DNA of 64,000 nt from Octopus sinensis (GCF_006345805.1 NC_043023.1:11470001-11534000); one strand, 5' to 3'; numbered from the stretch's first letter, positions 12,114 through 27,913 are shown. Notes: a model not told the origin generated them from the letters alone. Numbers and translations are program-made.

Positions 12114-13559
12114 CCAAGCGTGTAGTAGAAACGTTGTGCCCAATTTGTCACGTACTGGGACTGTACCTAGAAATATGTGGTTGAGAAACGAGCTTCATAC
12201 AAGAAACCTGCGAATGTTTTTAAACTACACTCAATGTCGTTGTTACAACTGTCTCTTGTTAATTGTTGAGCATCTTAAATTTTTGAGGTTATTGTGCTTG
12301 CTGTGTAAAACTATAGATGTGTGCATGTGTATCTCTCTTTCTAAAGATATATTATGTATATATATACATGCTCCAGCATGGCCGCAGTGAAATGACAGAA
12401 ACAAGTAAAAGAACATACCATCATCATCTTCGTCGTTGTCATTGTTTAATGTCTGCTTTCCATTCTGGCATAGGTTGGACTGTTTGACAGAGAAGCAGAA
12501 AAGTGCAGGGCTGGGTTAGGCTGCAATGTCATCTTTACAATGGTTTCTACTGCTAGATGCCCTTCCTAATGCCAACCACAGAATGTACTGGGTGCTTTTT
12601 ATGTGCCACCAGCATCAGTCGATGCTGGGAGCAGGTGTGGCTCTGAGGTAAGAAGTTTGCTTCCCAACCCCTGCTTGCAGTTTGGGTAAGTGTCTCCCCT
12701 GATGGCCTTGGGTCAACTAAAACCTTGTGAGTGGATGTGGTTGATGGAAACTGGAGGAAGCATATCACGTATACACATATCATCATCATCTTTTAATGTC
12801 TGCCTTCCATGCCAGCCTGAGGGGGGAGGCTTGACAGGAGTCTGCCAGGTGGAAGACTGCACGAGATCTGTGATTGTTTTAGCAGGATTTTACAGCTGGA
12901 TGCTCTTCCTGACACCAACCATTCAGCAGAGGGAGTTTTGGCTTTTTATGTAGTAAGGTTTTGGTAAGAATACCACTTCACTAGGAAACAGGTAAGGATT
13001 GGCAACAGGAAGGGCCTCCAGCTGTAGAATATCTGCCTTTGTATAATCCATCTGATCCATTGAAGCATGGAAAAGTGGATGTTAAAATGATGACAATGAT
13101 GATGGTCTGTCTTGTTCCGTAAAGGAGCTTCTACACAGGTTACAGAAGCTGCTGGAAATAGCAGCCAAATATTTTTGAAATATTAAATAAAGGATATTGA
13201 ACCATGTACTTGCTCTCAAAGCAAGTGGTCCTGTGGCATCTTAAGCAAATGTCTTCTACTACAGCCCTGGGCCAACTAAAGCCTTATGGGGAGATTTGGT
13301 AGATGGAAAGTGTATCATGTATACAATTAGGTGCGTATGTGTGTCTTTGTGTTTCTCCTCCCCTCCCTGCCATACTGCATGTGACTATGGTTGTTAGTTT
13401 GTTTACATCCCTGTGACATAGTGTTTGGTCCAAAGAGACTCATAGAATATGTAGCAAACTTAAATATAAGTAGAGGGGTTGATTCGTTTGATTGAACCAT
13501 TTAAAGAAGTACTCCAGCATGGCCACAGTCCCTGGGTGAAACAGTAACTGGCACTCTAT

Positions 13560-13860
13560 GTTTTAGTTTATCCAATCAACTGAATAGTCTGCTCATGGAA
13601 TTAACATGCAAATGGCTGAGCGCTCCACAGACATGGGGACCCTTAACATAGTCCTCAGGGAGGCACAGCATGACACGGATAGTGAGAAGACTGGCCCTTT
13701 GAATTACAGGTGAAACTCATTTTTGACACCTGAGTGGACTGATGCAAAGTGAAATAAAATGGCTTGGAGACTCATTGCACCACTGTGTATCGAACTCACA
13801 ACTTTACAATTGTGAGTGAAATACCCTAACCACTAAGCCATGCCACTTCACAGGTGAAAC
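13560..13860 (-). mobile_element. Old family-B SINE in the gene 3 intron
   Basis: Found at an equivalent position upstream of the acceptor in genes 4 (25640-25960) and 7 (45700-45990), so it was co-duplicated with the cassette. Confidence 0.6.
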
Positions 13861-14029
13861 AAGTGAAAAGAGAGAAGAGAAAGAAAACAGATAAATAATT
13901 AGAGAAATGTTGAAGCGATTCATCTATATACAGAATGTTGTAACAGATTCAATGCCTCAATGGATTCTGCCCCATGCAAATGTAGATATTAAATGGATGA
14001 CAATTGATGTCGTAAAATTGCATTACTCT

Positions 14030-14516
14030 GTTGTTTAACTATCCACTTTATCTTACTGCCTCTTTTCTTATTTCAGGACATCACATCGTGTCGGCATAAA
14101 AGAAATTTCTTCATTCAGATGCGCCTCTGATGTTTTTATTGACTTTCCTTGACTGAAGGATGTCCACGTATTAACAAGAAACATTCATCAATACATCAAA
14201 CTCTTAATATAAATTTGATCTTCGACAAATGATGGGAAAAACTTTCTGGACATTGTATTTCACAACAACATTGTTTTACTTCACTGTCTAGAATGTAGAG
14301 GAGATTATCAATTAACAGGTTAATTAACGTTGGATAACTTTACAAAAGATTTGACAGTTTTCATTTTCTACTTTAGATATTGAGTAAAATCAAAAACGAA
14401 AGAAACATAACATTAAATTATTCTCTAGAAATAGTGACACAACTAAACACTAACATCCACAGAATTTTGAAAAACACATTATTATTGTGATATTTGTGAC
14501 AGATTATTCTCTCGTA
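14030..14516 (+). promoter_or_regulatory. Splice acceptor (CAG 14074-14076) and leader, gene 3
   Basis: Paralogous block. Confidence 0.7.
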
Positions 14517-15709
<1,193 letters not shown>

Positions 15710-16167
15710 TAACATTATGAAAATGGAAATCTATTACAACAGGACAACAATTATGAATATTTTGTCTGCTAAAAGACAGGGTTCATTCCTCTTCAAGCTT
15801 GACATTATCAACTTCAGTTTCTTGGATGTCAACATGAAATTCATGAATCACAACTTCAATATCATTTATATATCTAAATATATCAACACAGAGATGACTT
15901 TGGTTTCTGGAGAGGATTGTGCTGGATTTTTGAGGAATTTGTTATGAGAGAATAAAGGAATGGGAATAAGGAATAAAAGTTTTAAGTGACATTGATTTTG
16001 TCTTTGTTGTGTTTTCATCATCATCATCATCTTCATCATACTTTACCATCCATTTTCTTTGCAGGCTTGGGTGGAAAAGTGTGACAGGTGATGAGAGTTG
16101 TTAAATCCATATATACTTCCTTGGTTATTCTTCTGCAATAATCCATGATATTCATATGTAAAATCCA

Positions 16168-18801
16168 TTGTATTATCTTGTATTCCAAATCGAGGTAGTC
16201 AGAGTAAGTGACAGAGTAATTAAAATTAGATTAGTGATTCACCATAGGACAGCTACCATCATCTCGGCATATGCCCCTCAACCAGGACTACCGGAAGGAC
16301 AAAAAGACCAATTCTATGACACCCTATTGCGGACTACCTCGTTGACAAATGACAGTGACCATCTCTTCGTGGCAGGTGATTTCAATGGACATGTTGGACG
16401 GCATGTCGGGGGCTTCCATGGCGTCCATGGAGGCTACGGTTTTGGCTCTCGTAATGAGGAGGGACCCAGGCTGCTGGAGTTCTGCGATGCAAATGACCTT
16501 ATGGTCTGCAATACCAACTTCAGGAAACCCACCTCTCACCTAGTCACCTACCGTTTTGGCAGACACACCAGCCACATTGACTACATCCTTGCCAGAAAAA
16601 GGGAAAGAGGGCTGATTATTATAAATGTCAAAACCTTTCCAGGCGAAGAATGTACTCCTCAACATAGATTAGTAGTTAGCGACTTCAGGATCAGAGCTAA
16701 ATGGTTGCCCAGAAGACCAGCTTGGAGGAGAAGGGTCTGGAAGCTTAAAGATCCTGCAAATGGACAGAGATTTAGAGACATACTACTCGAAGCCTCTGAC
16801 GAAATAGAAGGGGATATAGCTTCACTTAATGTGGAAGACAACTGGAGATTTCTACGGGACAATCTGCTGACAGCCACTGACCAGATCTGTGGATGGAGCA
16901 AAGTACCATCTCGACCCAGAGTAACATGGTGGTGGAACACTGTGGTTGACAGGGCTATTAGACAAAAGAGACAGGCTTGGAAGGACTGGAAGAACGGTGG
17001 TAGCAGGGAATTGTATCAGACAGCCAGAAGGGAAGCTAGGAGACAGGTTTATTTAGCCAGAGGGGAAGCGGATAAGAAAAAATTTGCCAATGTTCTGAGC
17101 CGTGAGGATGAAAGACTTGAGGTATTTCGTGTTGCAAGACAGTGTGTGAGAGAGAATCGTGATGTGGTAGGAGAGAAGTGTGTTCGCATGGATGATGGTT
17201 CACTTGCGCTAAATGAGGATGCAAAGAGAGAGGTTTGGAGATGCCACTATGAAAGATTGCTGAATAAAGAAAATGAATGGGATATAGAGAGTCTGCCGAA
17301 TGTTGACCCAACAGAGGGACCAGCTATCCGAGTTGATAGTTCCGTGGTAGCTAAGGCAATTAGAAGCATGAAGACAGGGAAAGCCCCAGGCCCATCAGGA
17401 ATTACTGCAGAGATGCTCAAAATATCTGGCAGTGTCGGCTATAACCTAGTCACCCGTATAGTCAACCAGGTGATACACGAAGGAGTCATACCCAATGACT
17501 GGTGTAGCAGCATACTAGTCAACTGCTACAAAGGTAAAGGTGATGCCCTAGATACAAATAATTACAGAGGTATCAAGCTGTTGGATCAGGTAATGAAGGT
17601 TACGGAGAGGGTCATAGCCCAACTAATTAGAGAGAGAGTTAGTTTAGATGAGATGCAGTTTGGGTTCGTGCCAGGGAAAAGCACCACTGATGCTATATTC
17701 CTGGTAAGGCAGCTGCAGGAGAAATACCTAGCTAAAGATAAGCCCCTGTACCTGGCTTTCGTTGACATGGAGAAAGCCTTTGATAGGGTCCCCCGATCCC
17801 TCATCTGGTGGTCAATGAGGAAACTAGGGATAGATGAATGGCTGGTGAGGGCTGTGCAAGCCATGTACAGAGATGCCGTAAGTAAGGTTAGGGTTGGCAA
17901 CATGTACACAGAAGAATTTAAAGTAGAGGTTAGGGTCCACCAGGGTTCAGTACTCAGCCCCCTCCTATTTATCATAGTCCTCCAGGCAATTGTGGAGGAA
18001 TTCAAGACAGGTTGCCCCTGGGAGCTCCTCTATGCTGACGACCTCGCTCTAATTGCTGAGTCACTATCAGAACTGGAGGAGAAGTTCCAGGTGTGGAAGG
18101 AGGGTTTAGAATCGAGGGGCCTTAGAGTCAACCTAGCTAAAACCAAAGTACTAATAAGTAGAAAGGTAGACGATCCACAAATGTCCTCAGGAAGATGGCC
18201 CTGCTCGATCTGTAGAAAAGGTGTAGGTAGAAACTATATAAGATGTACCCAGTGTAAGCTATGGACACATAAGAGGTGCAGCAATGTCAAAGGTAGGCTA
18301 ACTGGGAAGATAGTTTTTGTATGTGGCAGATGCTCGGGAGCATTGACCTCCGAAAATCTGCAGAAAACAACTTCCGTCACTTTCCAGGGGGAAAAACTAG
18401 AAGTAGTTGATAGCTTCCGTTATCTAGGTGACCAAGTCAGTAGTGGGGGTGGGTGCACTGAGAGTGTAACTGCTAGAATAAGAATAGCCTGGGCAAAGTT
18501 TAGGGAGCTCTTACCTCTGCTGGTGACTAAAGGCCTCTTGCTCAGAGTAAAAGGCAGACTGTATGATGCATGTGTACGAACTGCCATGCTACATGGCAGT
18601 GAAACATGGGCTGTGACTGCTGAGGACATGCGTAAGCTCATGAGGAATGAAGCCAGTATGCTCCGATGGATGTGTAATGTCAGTGTACTTACTCAACAGA
18701 GCGTTAGTTCCTTGAGAGAAATGTTGTACCAAAAAAAGCATCAGTTGTGGTGTGCAAGAGAGACGATTGCGCTGGTATGGTCATGTGGCGAGAATGGATG
18801 A
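16168..18801 (+). CDS. LINE ORF (APE-RT with embedded PHD finger); frameshift near 18727, C-terminus in ORF 18752-19123
   Basis: Motifs as listed for the element. The two ORFs join into the expected RTE C-terminal sequence. Confidence 0.88.
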   Translation: MYYLVFQIEVVRVSDRVIKIRLVIHHRTATIISAYAPQPGLPEGQKDQFYDTLLRTTSLTNDSDHLFVAGDFNGHVGRHVGGFHGVHGGYGFGSRNEEGPRLLEFCDANDLMVCNTNFRKPTSHLVTYRFGRHTSHIDYILARKRERGLIIINVKTFPGEECTPQHRLVVSDFRIRAKWLPRRPAWRRRVWKLKDPANGQRFRDILLEASDEIEGDIASLNVEDNWRFLRDNLLTATDQICGWSKVPSRPRVTWWWNTVVDRAIRQKRQAWKDWKNGGSRELYQTARREARRQVYLARGEADKKKFANVLSREDERLEVFRVARQCVRENRDVVGEKCVRMDDGSLALNEDAKREVWRCHYERLLNKENEWDIESLPNVDPTEGPAIRVDSSVVAKAIRSMKTGKAPGPSGITAEMLKISGSVGYNLVTRIVNQVIHEGVIPNDWCSSILVNCYKGKGDALDTNNYRGIKLLDQVMKVTERVIAQLIRERVSLDEMQFGFVPGKSTTDAIFLVRQLQEKYLAKDKPLYLAFVDMEKAFDRVPRSLIWWSMRKLGIDEWLVRAVQAMYRDAVSKVRVGNMYTEEFKVEVRVHQGSVLSPLLFIIVLQAIVEEFKTGCPWELLYADDLALIAESLSELEEKFQVWKEGLESRGLRVNLAKTKVLISRKVDDPQMSSGRWPCSICRKGVGRNYIRCTQCKLWTHKRCSNVKGRLTGKIVFVCGRCSGALTSENLQKTTSVTFQGEKLEVVDSFRYLGDQVSSGGGCTESVTARIRIAWAKFRELLPLLVTKGLLLRVKGRLYDACVRTAMLHGSETWAVTAEDMRKLMRNEASMLRWMCNVSVLTQQSVSSLREMLYQKKHQLWCARETIALVWSCGENG
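18202..18333 (+). other. PHD-type C4HC3 finger inside the LINE RT region
   Basis: C-x2-C-x10-C-x2-C-x4-H-x2-C-x14-C-x2-C (CSIC...CTQCKLWTHKRC...CGRC), between YADD/KTK and FRYLG. Confidence 0.8.
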
Positions 18802-19242
18802 AGATAGGTGTGTGAGAAAGTGCCAATCCCTAGCAGTTGAGGGAACCCGTGGAAGAGGTAGACCCAGGAAAACCTGGGACGGGGTGATGAAGCACGACCT
18901 TCGAACGTTAGGTCTCACCATGGAAATGACTAGAGACCGAGACCTATGGAGTATGCTGTGTGTGAGAAGACCCGGCAAGACTAGTGAAGCCATAACCCAT
19001 GGCCCCTACCTGGGACGTAGTCAGTCCACCTGTGCATACCTTCCTTCTTGTGACACTTGTGAAGACCTGTTGAGGCAAGTGAAAATCAAATCAAATCAAA
19101 TCAAACCAAATCAAAATAGATGAACATCAATGGAATTTGTATCCTTGTGGTTCCAGTGCCGGTGGCACATAAGAAAACCATCCGAACGTGGCCGTAGCCA
19201 GTACCACAACGACTGGCCACCGTACTGTGGGCACGTACCAAA

Positions 19243-19682
19243 CACCATCCGAGCGTGGCCGTCTGCCAGCCTCGTCTGGCACCTGTGTCGGTGGCACATA
19301 AAAAACACCATTCGAGCGTGGCCGTCTGCCAGCCTCGTCTGGGACCTGTGTCAGTGGCACATAAAAACACCATCCGAGCGTGGCCGTCTGCCAGCCTCGT
19401 CTGGGACCTGTGTCGGTGGCACATAAAAAACACCATCCGAGCGTGGCCGTCTGCCAGCCTCGTCTGGGACCTGTGTCGGTGGCACATAAAAAACACCATC
19501 CAAGCGTGGCCGTCTGCCAGCCTCGTCTGGGGCCTGTGTCGGTGGCACATAAAAAACACCATCCGAGCGTGGCCGTCTGCCAGCCTCGTCTGGGACCTGT
19601 GTCGGTGGCACATAAAAAACACCATCCAAGCGTGGCCGTCTGCCAGCCTCGTCTGGCACCTGTGTCGGTGGCACATAAAATC
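19243..19682 (+). repeat. Seven near-identical 62-63-bp tandem units in the LINE 3' UTR, plus a diverged unit at ~19176-19242
   Basis: Unit starts at 19243, 19306, 19368, 19431, 19494, 19557 and 19620. Confidence 0.92.
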
Positions 19683-20439
19683 ACCCACTACACTCTCGGA
19701 GTGGTTGGCGTTAGGAAGGGCATCCAGCTGTAGAAACACTGCCAGATCTGACTGGCCTGGTGCAGCCTTCGGGCTTGCCAGACCCCAGTTGAACCGTCCA
19801 ACCCATGCTAGCATGGAAAGCGGACGTTAAACGATGATGATGATGATGATGATGATAGTTAGTTTAGAAATGTGAAATTTGGTGCCTTATAATTTAACAC
19901 ACACACCGGTAAAATTTCCACTTATTTCTTTTTTATTTTTCTAAAATTTTCATTGTGTCTCGCAACCTTTTAAATAGTTTTGACTCCATATTGGTGTAAA
20001 GGCTTACCACTGAAATAGTCAAAACTATTGAAAAGGTTGCAAGACGCAACGAAAATTTTAGAAAAATAAAAAAGGAATAAGTGGAAATTTTACCAGTGAG
20101 TGTGTTAAATCATAAGGCACCAAAAGAGGATGACTCTCCCCTGACAGAATATGGTTCAACACACAAACTCACATAAAGAATTTTGCAAACCAAACCCAAA
20201 ATATATACATATATATACTGGAGTAAACACATAAATGTGAAACAAGGAGTACTCAAATATGAGAGGTAGAGTAATATGCTTTATTTAAAAGCAGCAGAAA
20301 TTTAACAAAAGCTGTTACTCGGAGTAATATATATATATATTGGTAAAAACGGTAAGATAACAAAAGAAAGAAAGAGGCCTCAATATTATGTAAATAGAGG
20401 AATTTATCTGTAAAATAATTGTCACATATTACATTTACA

Positions 20440-20805
<366 letters not shown>

Positions 20806-20965
20806 TGTAGGAGTGGATGTGTGGTAAGAAGTTTGCTTCTCAACCACATGGTTCCAGGTTCAGTTCCACTGCGTGACACCTTGGACAAGTGTCTTTTACT
20901 ATAGCCACATGCTGACCAAAGCTGTGTAAGTGGATTTATTAGATGGAAACTGAAAGTAGTCCATC

Positions 20966-21022
<57 letters not shown>

Positions 21023-21605
21023 TAGATAGATGTGTAAATATATAGGATGGCAAATATATTTTTAAATTTCACCACCAGTGGCCTAGCATGTATAAAAGTC
21101 AATAAACAGCATATTCTTAATATAAAATTGTGTATATTTGAACACAAGAGAAAACTACCTTCAATGGGTAATTTTTATATGCTAGAAGAAGTAGTTAGAA
21201 TGACCAAAACCACATTGCTCTTAAGTGTGGTTTTGGTCGTTTTGACTGCTTCTTTCCCAAGAAGGAAAGGTATGCATAAGTGGACTGGCTACATCCCATG
21301 TAGAGGCCACGGGTTATGGTCTCACTTGTCCACCTCCCTTACAAATAATCTTTTTTTTCCTCAGGAACTATTAGACCTGACACAATGTATTAGCCGGTGT
21401 TGTTCAAACGATGAATAATTTTGCGTAAATCATGGTTCGTTTTGTTCTCTTACTTTATTATCATCTTATAATCATCTCATAATAATGACTTTTATGACTC
21501 TTATTACCACCTCAGTCAATCTAAATGTATATATTTGTCGTTACCTGTCATAAATACCCTTACATTTCTACGTGTATTTCATATTTTCTTTTTGTAACAT
21601 ATTTC

Positions 21606-21700
<95 letters not shown>

Positions 21701-22935
21701 AATGAGAAAATAACCAAATTTTCTCAATTTAATAATTAAAAATTAAATTATACCATTTAGAAAAATTACATATTATAGAAAGATTAAATATAAGATAAAA
21801 CATATAAAATTGATTAAGTAATGGGCAAAATAATAAATAAATAAAACGTATATATTCGGTAAAATAACGACACGTGTTTCGTGGCCATATTTAAGAAATG
21901 ATAATAATAAAAATAATAGTAGTAGAATCACTTCAATAGAAATATAGCCACTCTTCAGGTTAAAGATAAAAACAATAATAGATAAATTAATAAATATACA
22001 TAAATAATCATGTAAAGTACGAAATATCTTAAATATATTCTTGTTTAAAAAATAAGATACAATTAATTAAAATATTTAAAATAAATATATATATATATCG
22101 TATCTATAAAAGGGAGGATGTGTGTGTGTGTGTGTACATGATTGTAATTTATGCACATCCACAAATTAGCACGCATGTGTCTCTAATTTTAGGAGGACAT
22201 TTGTCAACATCTTATCTGGGTTTTGTCAACTTATTTTCTTCCCGAAGCACCTGCGGATAGGGTAAAAATCTATTTTTCAACCATTGCTTTTAACCATAAC
22301 AAATATCATCTAACAAAATAAATAAGATGAAGAAAAGTGGAAGAAGGAGGCAGAGAGTTTCACGGGAAAGACAAAGTGAGAGAGGGAGAGAGAGAGAGAG
22401 AAAGTTATGACGTTCATAAAAATAAAATGTAAAATGTTTTTGTTTTTGAAAGGCACACTATATTTTATAATCATAGTATATATACTTTCTCACACAACAA
22501 TTACAATATATTTATTTTAAATCGTTCATCTTTTTCCCCTTCTCTCTCTCACACACATTACTTTGGGTGCGAAAGAATTTTGTTTTTATTTTACACCGAG
22601 TAAAAAAGGGTTTTGTTGACAATCCATTTATTTAACAACAAAGAGGTGAGTAACAATTTGTCAGTTAATTATACAATATAAATGGGTACAATTTGCGAGG
22701 CTTCCACCACACCCCACTCCGTTTAATGGACCACAAAAAGGGTTTTGAGGCCAGAGTATTTGATTCCATGCAAATAAAAAAAACGATTTTTTTTCTTAGT
22801 GAAAATCGTGCAAGTGTTAATCTACAAATTTAACATTTTTTCCATTCATTTCTGTTTATGAACATGTATGCGTGCATAAAACATGCAATAGGTGTACGTA
22901 CGTACGTGTGTGTATGTGTGTTCATGTCTGTTGCT

Positions 22936-22969
<34 letters not shown>

Positions 22970-23091
22970 CTAATTTTAACGGATTTCACCCAAATTTGAC
23001 TTCTATATTACTTAGTTTTGTTTGAAATAAAGAACTTCATTACCTTAATAATTGTAACTTAATTGTAACAGAATTATTAACCACAGATATC

Positions 23092-25013
<1,922 letters not shown>

Positions 25014-25470
25014 AAATATCACAATAATAGTGTGTTTTTCCAAATTCTGTGGATGTTAGTGTTTAGTTGTGTCACTATTTCCAGAGAATAATTTAATGTT
25101 ATGTTTCTTTCATTTGTTATTTTACTCAATGTCTAAAATAGAAAATGAAAACTGTCAAATCTTTTGTAAAGTTATCCAACGTTAAATTAACCTGTTAATT
25201 GATAATCTCCTCTACATTCCAGACAGTGAAGAAAAACAATGTTGTTGAGAAATACAATGTCAAGAAATTTTTTCCTATCAAATTTATATTAAGAGTTTGA
25301 AGTATTGATGAATGTTTCTTGTTAATACGTGGACATCCTTCAGTCAAGGAAAGTCAATAAAAACATCAGAGGCACATCTGAATGAAGAAATTTCTTTTAT
25401 GTCGACATGATGTGATATTCTGAAATAGGAAAAGAGGCAGTAAGATAAAGTGGATAGTTAAACAACAGAG
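25014..25470 (-). promoter_or_regulatory. Leader and splice acceptor (CAG at 25422-25420), gene 4
   Basis: Inverted paralog of 14030-14516. Confidence 0.7.
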
Positions 25471-27662
25471 TAATTCAATTTTACGACATCAATTGTCATC
25501 CATTTAATATCTACGTTTGCATGGGTCAGAATCCATTGAGGCATTGAAACTTTTACAACATTCTGTATATAGATGAATCGCTTCCACATTTCTCTAATTA
25601 TTTATCTGTTTTCTTTCTCTTCTCTCCTTTCACTTGTTTCACCTGTGAAGTGGCATGGCTTAGTGGTTAGGGTATTTCACTCACAATTGTAAAGTTGTGA
25701 GTTTGATACACAGTGGTGCAATGAGTCTCCAAACCAATTTATTTCACTTCACATCAGTCCACTCAGGTGTCAAAAATGAGTTTCACCTGTAATTCAAAGG
25801 GCCAGTCTTCTCAGCATCCATGTCATGCTGTGCCTCCCTGAAGACTATATCAAGGGTCCCCATGTCTGTGGAATACTCAGCCATTTGCATGTTAATTCCA
25901 TGAGCAGGCTTTTCAGTTGAATGGCTAAACTAAAACACAGAGTGTCAGTTACTGTGGCCATGCTGGAGTACTTCTTTTATAGATTTCATTTAAAAATACC
26001 AATTTTTAAGAAAGTGACGAGGAAACAAAGTTGGTGGGGTACATTTAAGTACTTACCCCAGACGGATTTGTAGGTATTCTATCAGAATTAATTAGGCAAG
26101 TTTCCTCTTATTGGGCAGTAATTAAATGGGATCTTTTCCTTTTGAAGGCCTAAATTAATTTAATTGTCACACGTGTAAAAAAACCCAAAAGCAATGGAAA
26201 GTGATTTAAACAATTAACAATCAAAATAATTCTATAAACAATTAAATTAATCTAACAATTAAGAAAAAAAAAATTAGGGTTAGGGTGGAGGTTTAGGGTT
26301 AGTTACAGGATGTTGTCTCAGTTTTAGACGCAGCAAAAGATTTTAGCTCAAAAGAGAGCAAAGGATTGGTTAAAATTTGAAAAATTAAACTACGTTAAAC
26401 AAACAAATTACAATTTTCTCAAGAAAGCTAAGAGAAAAAAATATTTTATTTTGACACATTCTACCAGTATACGAAGTTTTAAAGTGTTTAGTTAACTAGA
26501 AATTGTGTTGAAATCTGGCATTCAAAAGGAAAAGATCCCAATAGAATTACACCTCCCAACCAAATTACAGGCCTTATGCCTTAAGTAAAAAGGCTTATCA
26601 TCATCATCATCGTCGTTTGTCACAGAGGGGACAAACAAGGACAAACGGATTAAGTCGATTACAATTGACCCCAGTGCGTAACTGGTCCTTAATTTATCGA
26701 CCCCGAAAGGATGAAAGGCAAAGTCAACCTCGGCGTAATTTGAACTCAGAACGTAGCGGCCGACAAAATACCGCTAGGCATTTCGCCCAGCGTGGTAACG
26801 TTTCTGCCAGCTCGCCGCCTTGGGGTCTATATATCTACTTCTCGCTCACATGAAAGGTTGCTGGCCCTGGGTCAAAATTTGAAATTTTTATCTGTTTCTT
26901 TATAACCCACAAAGGGGCTAAACATATAGGGGACAAACAAGGAGAGACTAGGTATTAAGTCGATTACATGGACCCAGTTCGTAACTGGTACTTAATTTAT
27001 CGACCCCGAAAGGATGAAAGGCAAAGTCGACCTCGGCGGAATTTGAACCTAGAACGTAACGGCACACGAAATATCTATTTCTTTACTACCCACAAGAGGT
27101 TTAAACATAGAGGGGACAAACGGATTAAGTCGATTACATCGACCCAGTTCGTAACTGGTACTTAATTTATCGACTGCACAAACAAACAAAAGGGAACACA
27201 GTGTAAATAACGGACAGAGCTATTGAAAAGGTTGCAAGACGAAACGAAAATTTTAGGGAAACAAAAATAAGAAATAAGTGGAAATTTTATCGGTGAGAGT
27301 GTTAAATAATAAGGCACTAAAAGAGGATGACTCTTCCCAGACACAACAGAATTAATTAATGTGGTAGTCTTCAACCGTTCTCCTCACCTTTTACTAATTA
27401 ATCATGCCACATTACTTTCATTTTACCAATTAATTTACTTTATATCACATATAAAAGTCGATCATAGGTTTTCCTAAACAACAGATCAACATTTCAGTTA
27501 ATTATTAATTAAGACGAGCAAATTATATTTTCCTAATTGTTGTCAGGTTCCCGCTTCGAAAAATAACTACTGTAACATCGAGAGGGTTACATAAATCTAT
27601 TCTTTACATTATCATTATTAGCATTATTATCACCGTTACAGCCTAAAAGTACATTTTTGTCA

Positions 27663-27905
27663 ACTTACTGTATTCAGACATAAACAGCGAGTCAACGATC
27701 AGTAATTAAGCACCTTAATTAATAATTTAATTGGAGGTGGCAAAGTGGAGTCGAAGTTATTTCCCTTTATAAAGTTGTATTTCTTCAATTCTCCAATAGA
27801 TGGCTGTACTGACTGGTCCGATTCGTTCCAGTTTTTTATCTTAATCCCAATTTCTTCAAATTTTGATCAGATTATTTTAAGAAAGTGTACTCATATATTC
27901 TGCTA
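27663..27905 (-). promoter_or_regulatory. Putative exon 1 of gene 4, donor ACA|GTAAGT (intron starts 27668)
   Basis: Reverse-oriented copy of the conserved exon-1 block. Confidence 0.6.
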
Positions 27906-27913
27906 TAAAACTC

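Larger units (their letters stand above)
16166..19856 (+). mobile_element. RTE-clade non-LTR retrotransposon (LINE), 5'-truncated, with a ~0.9-kb 3' UTR and (GAT)n tail
   Basis: Partial APE endonuclease (SAYAP, GDFNGH, HIDYI), RT (QFGF, QGSVLSP, YADD, FRYLG) and RTE-type C-terminus (RRLRWYGH...RGRPRKTW). Tandem-repeat UTR and trinucleotide tail. Confidence 0.92.

Noticed and set aside
16324-18993. Small ORFs overlapping the LINE ORF
   Set aside because: Shadow ORFs of a GC-richer coding region with no motifs.
19086-19118. (CAAAT)n as the LINE 3' tail
   Set aside because: Homology with other copies continues ~740 bp further to a (GAT)n tail, so this is an internal microsatellite.
19243-19682. 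CRISPR-like array
   Set aside because: Units within the array are near-identical with no unique spacers. There are no cas genes, the context is eukaryotic, and it lies inside a LINE 3' UTR.
19127-19830. Several overlapping repetitive ORFs on both strands
   Set aside because: By-products of a 63-bp (multiple of 3) GC-rich tandem repeat.
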